DNA of 64,000 nucleotides from Plasmodiophora brassicae (Eukaryota): NCBI GenBank assembly GCA_036867785.1, contig CP145421.1, positions 992,001 to 1,056,000 of the forward strand, read 5' to 3'. Shown piece by piece: positions 54,068 to 64,000 of this stretch (position 1 is its first letter; each line of letters starts with the position of its first letter). The notes under the pieces were generated by a model. It saw only the letters and a program-made list of their open reading frames with translations, ran no database searches and was not told where the DNA came from. The position numbers and the translations under genes were made by a program.

Positions 54068-56699
54068 TCAGGTATGGGACAGGGACAGGAGTTCGGCGCC
54101 GGGCAGGCCGGCCTGCTGCAGGCACGTGATGACGGCCAGCAGGTCGCGGCGCAGCGCGTCGTTCTCGGCCTGCAGGTCGGCGACAGCGTCCTCCAGGTCG
54201 CCTGATCACACACGGTGCGGCAGGTTAGAGACCGGCAGAGGGTAGCACACGTTGGCGCAGGACCCGTACCGATCCGTTCCGTCAGAGGCGACGCGGCGTC
54301 CGGCTCTTGCGATGAGCTGGGCAAGTCCAGCGTCGACTGGCGCGAAGGACTATCCAGGGCATCCGCGGTGGGCACCTGGAGCGGCTGCTTCGGCGGCGGG
54401 CGGTCGCCTGCGCCGCCCACCGGAACGTGGGTGCCCAGCGCGAACCGGTCCAGCGACAGGGCCTTCTGCAGGCGGGGCGACCCGCCGGCTGCCACCTGCA
54501 TGTCCAGGCGTTGCCGCGAGAAGGTCTCCGTCATGGACAGGGCGATGCATTCGGCCTCGGACCCTAGGCGATACCCGTACTTGGCCGGGTTGGCCTCGAA
54601 CAGGCCGCCTTCAAAGTACCGGATGCGGTCGGCGCCCTGGTCGTCGACGCTGGCAATGCGGACGCCGGTCTTGCGGAAGATGCCGACCGCGTTCCACGTG
54701 TCCTTGCTGCCGCGCACCGTCTCCAGCTTCTCCTTCTTGCCGAACCGTTTGCCACCGACTAACGCCCGCCGCGTCACCGGTCAGTAACGGACAGGCGTGC
54801 GGCAACCCATGCGACATCGACCACCTTTGGCGACGGATTCGTCCTGGACGGAGGCGACGAGGAACGACACGAGCGGCGACTTGGTGTTGGCCGACGGCGG
54901 GATCCCCTTGCCGAGCATGATGAGCATGGCGCTGCAGGCGACCTCGGCTGGAATCGACGCGCGCCTCGTCAGACACACCCACACGCACACACATAAGGGA
55001 CGCAGGCGCCGACCTAGGTGTTGCGACGACGAGCAGACGAGCTGGCGTATCTGCTCCTCGTAGCGAAACGTGAGCGTCTGCGCGACCATGTCCGCACACC
55101 TGCCCAGGAATCAGAGATGGGTGGCCCCAAGAGCGTGCGGGGCGCGTCAGGCGCCCCGCCCTTCGAACGTACAGTTGGACGCCGCCGACCAGGCGCGCGT
55201 ACTGACTGCAGCGTGCGAAGAAGTCGGGCAGGATGATGTGTTCGGCGTGGACCTGCAGGATCTGGTCGTCCAGCATCTGCATCAGCTGCACGGCGGCGTT
55301 GCCCTTCGGGACGGCCCAGGTCGCGCCCTGCACGTCGATGCCCTTCTTGACGAGGGCGGTCAGGACCGCATCCGTCTTGATGCGGCTCTTGTAGCGTGCC
55401 TTGTCTGGCCCCCTGCAAACGGGCGAGTCAGCAAGGCATGGCGACGACTGGCGACGCGGTATCGCCGCCCTGACCCTGCTCCCAGCATAAATCGCGTGCC
55501 GATCCAGTACTGCATCAGGGCGAGCAGAACGCCCTTGTAGAACGTAAACAGGGGCGGTGACGCCAGGATCTGCCCATGCCGCTCGACCATCCGCTGGCAG
55601 AATTGCAACTCGTTACGCGACATGGTGCGAATCCCCGTCAGGCGGGTGCCGACGTCGGCAGGAATAGACGATGCTTCGCCGCCGTACTCGATGGCGATCG
55701 TCTGCATCATTGTTCGCGCCCCTGTCAGCCAGCGCCGCACCCGCCAGGCGCCTGCCGCCGTTCGAACCGACCTGTGCCGCCGTTGTGATGATCTTGTCCG
55801 TGTCGGTTTCCAGCGCCTGGATCGCCTTCACCAGCGCCTCCGCCAGGCAGGCGAACGAGTCCCGTTGCCGCTGCTGGGCGGCCTGCAGTTTGACCTCGTT
55901 CGCCTCGAGATGGGCCTGGCGTTCCTTGACGATCTCGTTGTAGATCTGCGACAGGATGAACTCCTCGCTGCATCCCATGAAGGCCGTCCCTTCGATGTCG
56001 TCGACGAACCGGTTCAGGTCGAGGACCGGGTACGCCAGCGGGACACGTCGCTGCGACAGGGCAGCGAATTCCGCCTGCACGACCTGGAGTGCCATGTCGA
56101 CGCGCACATTGCCAGATGGCGACCCTAGGGCGTTCGGCTGTCAGGTTCAGGGTGGCATAGGCGATGCGGCCGCAGGTGCGGCACCGGATCGCATACCACT
56201 GCTGGTCGGGAGCGCGCTGCCCGTGCCTGGAACTGGCTCGATCCGGATCACCGGCTGGGACGCCATCGTGTCGGACAGCGACGTCTGCACCGTGTCCTCG
56301 CTCTGATCCGCGTCCTGCAACTCCTGGGCGACGTCCTGCGCGATATCGTGTGCGATGTCATCGTTGACGGTCGCCGATGCGACAGGCGACGGAAGGCCGC
56401 CGCTCTGTGCATACGATCGGGGTTAGCGCATTCATCGCAGCGCCTGCGCGCGAAGGTCGGGGCAGCGGAGCAGGCGCACATCGTACCGGATCAGGGTCGG
56501 GCTGGCCAAGGTGGGCGGCCATGAACGGGACGTTGCGGGCCGTCGTCCATCCGGGAAGCAGCTCGCACCAGACCTGCGTGTCCAGGTCGACGAATCCGCC
56601 CGTCAGGATCGTGTCCTTGGTGTACGGGCCGCATTGCTCGCCGGATGCCCCGTACAGGACGTACCAGGCCTGGCAGGCGTCGATGTCGTCCGCCGACAT
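54068..56699 (-). CDS. GYF_2 (DUF4339)-domain protein with uncharacterised core and C-terminal coiled coil; spliced
   Basis: WYVLYGASGEQCGPYT..DTQVWCELLPGWTTARNVP. Exons can be joined through GT-AG introns to a stop at 54068; the start may lie further upstream. Confidence 0.6.
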
Positions 56700-57405
56700 G
56701 GCCGACTACCCGCTGGGAGATACGTACAGGGTGCGCGCGTGCCTGACAGATCGATGCGCCCCACGACTGCAGCGACACGGGCGGTCGTCAACATCCGCTA
56801 GGCGGGCGCACCACCGCAGACCCAACCAACGAGGGCCACGCCGCCGCCCCCCGCCGCCCGATGTGTGATGGTGCGACGACGCCATTTACGGCACCCGCGC
56901 CGCGGAATCGGCGTGCCGCATGCTCCTCGTCCTTCCTGCCCATGACCATTGGATGACAATGGCACGAATGCGACACAGTCCGGCATTCATTCGTCTGCGC
57001 CGTTGGCGAATGGCAGCAACGGCGCAGCGGCATCCGGGGACGCGGCAGAGAATCGCAGAACAGCGGAATCCAGTGACCCCGACGGGCACGGTGTGCGGTC
57101 CGGTGTTGTGCAGCAACGGGCAGACTGGCGCGTCCCCATCCCCACGCGCCGTGGCCACGGGTCATCCTCGTCAACTGTGTAGGTGAGTGCAGCTGTCTGT
57201 CGCGCGGATCCGAACGTGCGTACGGTCTGGGAACCGACCAACATACCTACCGGGCAATGTGCGTGGCGCACTTTGTGCGGACTTGGCAGCGAGCGCACGC
57301 CGCTCGCATTCAGTCGTCGTCGTCGTCGTCGCTGGAACACTGCCACCCGCTGACCCGCGCGCGTGTCGTCGGCGTCGATCTCCCGACACGGACACGACGG
57401 CGACC

Positions 57406-58991
57406 ATGTCCGCAGGCGAACCGAGCCACCTGGAGCGCGATCTGACCGCATTGTCCATCGATGGCGCTCATGGAAAGGGTACGGCCGAGCGCGGCCAGCG
57501 CTCAGCGGCGCTGTCGTCCAGTAACGACGGCTCCGGGACCACACATGATGCTGATAGCGATCATGACGACAGTCAGGCTGACGACGACAGCGTGTCATGC
57601 GAGGAGGGTTCCGATGGATACAAGCAGGGCGGGTACCATCCGGTGCGTGTCGGCCAGGTCTACAACCGGCGGTACCGTATCGAATCCAAGCTAGGATGGG
57701 GACACTTCTCCACGGTATGGCTGGCGACCGACACCACCGTAGACGATGCCCACCAGCACCGCCACGTGGCGCTCAAGATCCAAAAGTCTGCCGAGCACTA
57801 CACGGAGGCGGCCCTGGACGAGATCGAACTGTTGAGAAGAGCCGGGTCCGCATCCGAACATGTCGTGCGCCTGCTGGACTTCTTCTACCATGTCGGCCCG
57901 AATGGCAGGCACATGTGCATGGTGTTCGAGCTGCTCGGCGAGAACCTGCTGTCGCTGATCAAGAAGAGCGGGTATCGGGGCATACCGTTGCCGAGAGTGC
58001 AGCGCATGACACGCGATATCCTCCTGGCGCTCCACGACCTGCACACGGATGCCCAGATCATCCATACGGACATCAAGCCGGAGAACATCCTCCTGACGAG
58101 GACGTCCGCGCCCGTCGTCAGCTCCCTGCCGCAGGCCATTGCCAGCCTGGAGGTCGACGCGGACAAGCAGCCACCGGCTCTGTCCAAGTCGCAGAAGCAA
58201 CGACTGCGAAAGAAGAAGGCCAAGATGGGTGCCGCGGCCGCCGCCGCCGTACCTCCGCCGCCATCTGAACCAGCGCTTGAACCTGACACGGATTCCAAGG
58301 CGCCTGATACGGAAGGCCCCGTTCCGGTGTCGCATGCGATGCCGTCATCGTCGCTACCGCAACGCGCCAAGCTGGCCGACCTCGGCAACGCGTGCTGGAC
58401 GTACAAGCACTTCACATCGGATATCACAACCAGGCAGTACAGGTCGCCGGAAGCCATCGTCGGGGCGCCTTACGGGCCGCCGGTCGATATCTGGGCACTT
58501 GCCGCCCTTGTCTTCGAACTGATCACTGGCGATTACCTGTTCGACCCGAAGGCCGATTCACGCAAGAGGTATACGCGCGACGAGGACCATTTGGCGCTCA
58601 TGACGGAACTGCTGGGCCCGTTCCCCAGGGCGATCACGCAGGACGGCTCCCATTCGAAGGAGTTCTTCACAAGAAAAGGTCGATGCTGTTGCGTCGTTGT
58701 CGTCCCTCGACTCTGCATCTGACTGTTCGCCTGCATTCAGGTCTGCTGCGGAATATCCACGATTTGGAGTTCTGGGCGCTACCCGACGTCCTGGTAGAAA
58801 AGTACAAGTTAGCGGGCGATCAGGGGGCCACATTGGCCTCGTTCCTGTTGCCAATGTTGGAGCTGGATCCGAGAAAGCGCGCCACAGCGGAGCAGTGTTT
58901 GCAGCACGAATGGATGCAGGAGGTGGCCGGTGAGGAGGAATCTGTTGCTGGGAACGTCATTGATGAATCCACCGACACTCCCGTCCAATGA
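57406..58991 (+). CDS. SRPK: SR-protein kinase; intron 58679-58740
   Basis: YKQGGYHPV, KLGWGHFSTVWL, ALKIQKSAEHYTEAALDEI, IHTDIKPEN, spacer insert, ADLGNACW, TRQYRSPE, RDEDHLA. Confidence 0.95.
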
Positions 58992-59415
58992 CGGCACACT
59001 CGTCATCAATACAACGACGCCGCTTGCCAACCCTATTCCCTGTGTGTGCACCATCAGCGCACATGGTGAGTCGGATACGCAGTGTGGAGCCTGAGAAATT
59101 CCACCTAGGCTGGCGATGAGCGCGCCCTGGCATGTCCCCACATCTTACGATGCTGCACCGGAATTTTAACACTCCTGGTCGAGCTGATACAATCCCCGCA
59201 TGGATTGGAGTTACAACTGGTCGCGCCCTCATGAACGGATGACGTGGGCATTCTTCGATACAATGGGGACGCAGCGCATCGGGTGATGGACCTCGAGCGA
59301 ATGATGCGCGGTGGAAACGTGGCCGACGAAATCCAGGCCCAGCGCTTCCGTGGTGACACAGCGGTCGTCGAGTACAGTTACACTCCCAACTTCGTCTGCA
59401 ATGTAGAGTAGAGAT

Positions 59416-60331
59416 TTAGTTAGCGCACGCAGCCGGAAGTGTCTTTGTGCTTGTCGATCCGGCGGGTGTGGGACAATCCGCCTTGACACCATCTTCGCTG
59501 TAGAACGACATAGTGATGGGCACGCCGTGGCCGGTCTTATCGGGAAACACTTTACAAGTGGAGAATGGTGGTGAGTAACAGTGCAGGGTAATCAGGACGT
59601 CATCATTGCTGGCATTGCCGAGGCGATGCAGCCCGATTTTATCTGGGGAGGGCAACCCCACATGTCAGCAGGGTCCACATTGAACCATACGCGACCGTCG
59701 TACCGCTGATATGGGTGACGGCGCCAGCTGGGTATGTCGTCAAAGATTCCTGGACGAGAGGGGCGTCATCGCCTGCCTGCAGGAACCGCTCCTCCAAACA
59801 GTCGCCCTGGACGACGCGCACCCAGCATTCGCTGTTTGAGTGGTCGTGAATGATGCTGGTCTTGCCCTTGTTCCAACAGAGCATCATCAGCGTGAAATTG
59901 ACCTTGTCACTTGCAATCAGGTTGCGCGTGTAGCATTTCTCTTCGTCGAACAGGGCGTACTTGGTCCATGCCGATGGGTCCGAGCTATCCCACGATCTCT
60001 ACGCGTTGGGTTAATACAGTCCGGTAATCACGAACGCCGCACAGGCGCGATTCCGGAAGTGCCTACCATCAGAGTGGCAACCCGCTCGATGTCGCGTACA
60101 CCAGCTGGCGACCTGCAATGCGGGTCAATGAGCGCTCAGTCTAGGGCCGACGGTAAAACCAATTGGATACTTTTGGTAGGCGAGCTCCATCGTCAACGCG
60201 TCGACAAGTTGACGCAGCGTGAGCGACATGTCCGGAGTGATCTGGGCCGGCAGGCGGGCGGCACTTGCGCCGACTGATGATGGCGTGATCGGCGCCGCGT
60301 TGCAAGCGGGATGTACACAAGATTCGATCAT
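59416..60331 (-). CDS. CDO1: Cysteine dioxygenase; spliced
   Basis: YTRNLI..LMMLCW..SIIHDHSNSECW..GLHRLGN..TLHCYSPP. Confidence 0.9.
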
Positions 60332-60722
60332 GGAGACCGTACCGATACGGTCCGCAACAGTGCAGATTCGCGCGTGAATCCAATCCCTGATGAATCGCCA
60401 ACCCGACTCGACTGCAGACTGGGACGGATAGCCCGAAGCGGAGCCACGCCAGCGACGCGACCCACGCGTATACGGTTACGCTCTACTCGGGCGCAACCGC
60501 AGTCCACAAAACCGATCCGAATTGCGGATCTCCACCGTGGCCACATTCCCGTGGCCCTTGCGGCCAGTCACGCGTCGCACGACATTCGAGAACCTTCCCG
60601 AAGAAGCAGCATTCCCTATCCGTAAAATAACACCAACCTGTGTATCGGTGGCGACAGCGACCCGACAACAACCGTAGACATCCGCTGGGGAATACAGCCT
60701 GCGTCCGCGTTGTATAGGGAAC

Positions 60723-62079
60723 TTACTTCCGGGCAGTCTGACACACTTCGCACTGCCTACTGCCGGGCTGGTTCACAAACGTACAGGCGGAACAAGCCCA
60801 CGTCGCGGATGGTGCTGATGGCGAGGACGAGGACGACGCGGTTAGACTGTACCCGGTGCTTGGCCGAGTCGGCGCGCCCGTCTTGGAGCGCCTCCATTGC
60901 TTGCAGAGTTGCAGCTGAGGGTTCTTGGTGCAACGCTCCCGGTGCATGTGCTCAATGAACTGCCGCGCACGCTCCCACGCGTACATGTCAGCCGCGCTGA
61001 ATACGACCTTGTCGTTGCGGTCGTCGTTGGGTGATCCACCGGGACTGAACACGAGCGCGTCGTAGTGCGCTGCGTGACCACCGGCTTGCGATTCCTGCGA
61101 CCGCCCAGCGGAGAACAGGAGGAACACTCGACGGGTATACCCAGCGTCCTGCCCAAAGACGTCCTCGCGAAGATAGTCTGGGTCGAAAGCCACCTGATAA
61201 AAGAAGGTGCTGAGAGCCATGCGTGCCAGATATCCGTCGGTGACACATACGATCTCGGTCTCAAAGAGACGCGAGAAGATCAACAGCTCAATGGCGCCTC
61301 CCCAGACATTCGGGTTCATGATGAAACTGAGTACGGTCCACACGTTAGTGGGTCGGATAGCAACACACCTTGTATACGTCCGGGAACATGCCTTTGATAG
61401 GATGCGTTGGATTGCTCCAGAAGAGTTTCGTTGTAGACGGCCGGGCTGGCTGCGACTGCGTCGGCGATCTACATGGCGCGGAGACACTTAGGCCCGGGTA
61501 AGCGGACACGCAACCTTGCCGACGTCACGAACCATCTTCCGCATGGCGACGGCGGCATCACGAGCGCGGTCCTTGCAGACATAAGCGACACTGGCCACGA
61601 GGCAAACGTCATCACTGGGTCCAGTGCCCGCCAGAGGCGCTCCGAATACCTATGGAACAGGCAGGAATTATCGGGCGGCATCGCCCGCTGGACAAACATC
61701 CTGAGGCATTGCATGAGAACGTCGGAAGCAACGTCAGACGCGTGATCGTGACCGACCCGGTGTTCTTCGGAATCGTGTAAATAACGGACTGTGATTCGGC
61801 GGCGCTGGCCTTCTGTATGCCCCTCGGCGCCGTCGACTTCTCCACGATGATGGATTCGCCAGACCGCACGCCAGCCGTCGCCAGCGTCGTCTGCGGCGAC
61901 ACGGTGTCAATGGGTCGCGGCGGGAAACCGATCATCAGGCGCTGCACGTCCGGATGGATATCCATCAGCGTCGATATCTGCGATCGCAGGTCGTCGATAG
62001 TCGTCTCGGACGTCAAATGGTTGAGGACGCATCGAGCACCGCCCGGGCCGCGAACCTGCAGGCGAACGGGCGTCGCCAT
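60723..62079 (-). CDS. OTU1/YOD1-type deubiquitinase (UBL + OTU) with C-terminal RanBP2/NZF zinc finger; spliced
   Basis: Ubiquitin-like LQVRGPGG..IGFPPR; OTU motifs PDNSCLFH, WGGAIEL and HYDAL; zinc finger WACSACTFVN..CEVC. Confidence 0.85.
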
Positions 62080-62165
62080 GACCTACCTACTGTACGTACT
62101 GCTGACGAGCGGCGACCCACGGCAGACGACGCAACCCCGCGCCCGGCGCCCCGGCTGAGCGGCCG

Positions 62166-62190
62166 CCCCCCCCCCCCCCCCCCCCCCCCC
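62166..62190. repeat. 25-nt poly(C)/poly(G) homopolymer upstream of the OTU gene
   Basis: Visible directly in the sequence. Confidence 0.9.
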
Positions 62191-63207
62191 GGTACGGCAG
62201 GTCCGCTCCACTGACAGGCGGACCATCCACTTCCATTGTCACAGGATCGCCGCGGTGAACGCCATGCTGTGGCAGCCGCCGCTGCGCGATTCGGCACTGC
62301 CTCCCGCGATCGACGACGACCAATGAACCGTCAAGCCCTTGCTGGCGCACGCGCACAAGATGAAGCGCAGGCGATTCGCACCGCACATGCTGCAAGAGGG
62401 CACCGTTGACGGCGCTGGGGGTACATGCATGCTGCTGTGTACGTAACGAAAATGCAAGCGAACGTACATCCAAACAGACCGCTCCGAACCGATTTGCCAA
62501 GAGCAAGCGGTTCCGTGCTTCTCGCTGCATTGACGAAGCATCGACATGATACAGTGGTGCTGCACACTCGACTACCAGATCGGATTGTGGCCAATCGTGT
62601 GGTACGAGCCCGCGGGCAGGCCACCAGGATTTACGACATCAAACGTACGCACTGATGGAATCGTTAAGGGTCAACGTTATGCCTTCCATCGACCGACCGA
62701 CAGCACGCACTCGTGCAGGCTCAGGGAACGGCCCGCCAGACTGAGGTCCTCAAGCAGTGGGCATTACAATACCGTACCTTGTATAGCGTAAACGATACCT
62801 CAGCAGCCTACCACCATCGTCCGCCGTCTTACGGGCGTGTCACCCATGCCAGAGCAGGCATAGCGCGTAAAGGCGTTCGCACTTGCGGGCCCTTGACGTG
62901 ATAAACATACGATGACCTGGCCCATTTTGTTATCAACTCATAGCAGGCGGATCTTGGATGGCCGATCAGATGATATTGGCCCGCAGTGAAGTGTTCCACA
63001 GAATTCATCGAAGCGGATAGTCTGACACTGACAAAGCGGCGCCATCTGCCTGATAACAGAGGTCGCAATCGGCAGTTCTTGGTGGCCATGCACTGGTATA
63101 TACTGTAATTGTACGTAGGAGTTGGGATCGAACCCTGTAACGGGTAACTGTATGCTGTTCGGTACGCCGGAACGATCCCAGCCATTCTCTTGTTGGAGTC
63201 GGAGGTC

Positions 63208-64000
63208 ATGGATGGCGCTGGAAAGGTCACGTCAGACGCGAAAGAAGCACTAGGCCAGGTCGACACGAGTCAGATCGCCGCAGATGGCAGCGCTTTGGCT
63301 CGCGATGGCGCAGATGCCCTAGCGAGAATTCACCCATCGGACATCGTGCACGAGGCGGAGGACATTGCCTCCCGTGCGGAGCAGGCCATTCGGCACCTCC
63401 GTACAGAGGATGCAGTCAATGGTGCAAACAGAATTGCTTCGGGCTCCAGGGACGCGCTCGGACACGTAAACGAGCACGACATCGTCACGGGAGCAGGGCG
63501 CGTCGCCTCCAGTGTCGAACACGCGTTTGGTCAAGTCCACAGTAGCGACATAGCCCAAGGGGCTGGTCGTTTGGCTGCCGACGCCAGAGACGCTTTGGGG
63601 CACACAAACGTCAGCGGCGTGGCGTCAGGAGCCGTACATCTCGTATCGAATGCCAAAGACGAGTTACAGAGCGTCAACACGAACAATATGGTATCCGGCG
63701 CCGGACAGTTCGCGTCTCATGCGGAAGTCTCTCTAGGGCACATCCGCACAGGAGAGATCACATCGGGAGCATCTCAAGTGGCTTCCAGCACGAAAGAGGC
63801 ACTCGGCCAAGTCGACACTAAGGAAGCGCGGGACAAAGCTGCGTTGCTGACGTCGACAGCGAAATCGGACATGAAGGACGTCCGAGCGGCCATGGAAGGG
63901 GTCACCAAAGTGGCCGGGGTCGCCGCTGTGGGTGCAATGGCAGAAGCATCACGCCTAGGAGCCGCCGCCAAAGTCACATTCGGGCGGGCCGATGCCGTTC
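63208..64000 (+). CDS. Protein of tandem 23-aa amphipathic repeats, 3' truncated (absent from the ORF track)
   Basis: Stop-free from ATG 63208 to the window end. At least nine repeats, e.g. MDGAGKVTSDAKEALGQVDTSQI, VTGAGRVASSVEHAFGQVHSSDI and TSGASQVASSTKEALGQVDTKEA. Confidence 0.75.
   Translation, partial: MDGAGKVTSDAKEALGQVDTSQIAADGSALARDGADALARIHPSDIVHEAEDIASRAEQAIRHLRTEDAVNGANRIASGSRDALGHVNEHDIVTGAGRVASSVEHAFGQVHSSDIAQGAGRLAADARDALGHTNVSGVASGAVHLVSNAKDELQSVNTNNMVSGAGQFASHAEVSLGHIRTGEITSGASQVASSTKEALGQVDTKEARDKAALLTSTAKSDMKDVRAAMEGVTKVAGVAAVGAMAEASRLGAAAKVTFGRADAV

Noticed and set aside
1-64000. tRNA or rRNA genes
   Set aside because: None recognisable by eye; tRNAscan-SE or Infernal would be needed to exclude them.

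Overview
GC-rich, gene-dense eukaryotic DNA with many short (about 50-100 nt) GT-AG introns. Its composition, intron style and a secreted SKP1/BTB-ankyrin gene suggest a plasmodiophorid protist such as Plasmodiophora brassicae (inference). Housekeeping genes include an ERGIC-53/VIP36-type lectin, an FZL-type dynamin-like GTPase, WDR6, RMT2, ARPC3, a PMCA-type Ca-ATPase, an MIT-MIT-RING ligase, a TMX/PDI, a WW/MyTH4 myosin, a prominin-like protein, SRPK, cysteine dioxygenase and OTU1. They flank an accessory island at about 5-31 kb. The island holds a fold-back of two decayed ORF copies, two intronless secreted papain-like proteases fused to fascin-like beta-trefoil domains, a signal-peptide-bearing RAP-domain protein with a truncated paralogue, and a Crinkler-type SAM-NTPase-nuclease gene. 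It also holds four transposons with visible target-site duplications: a TA MITE, a MULE, a Gag-protease-only LTR element with a Tf1-like self-priming signature, and a Sola element. An ORF of 23-aa amphipathic repeats, absent from the ORF track, runs off the right end. All calls come from motif recognition by eye; no searches were run.
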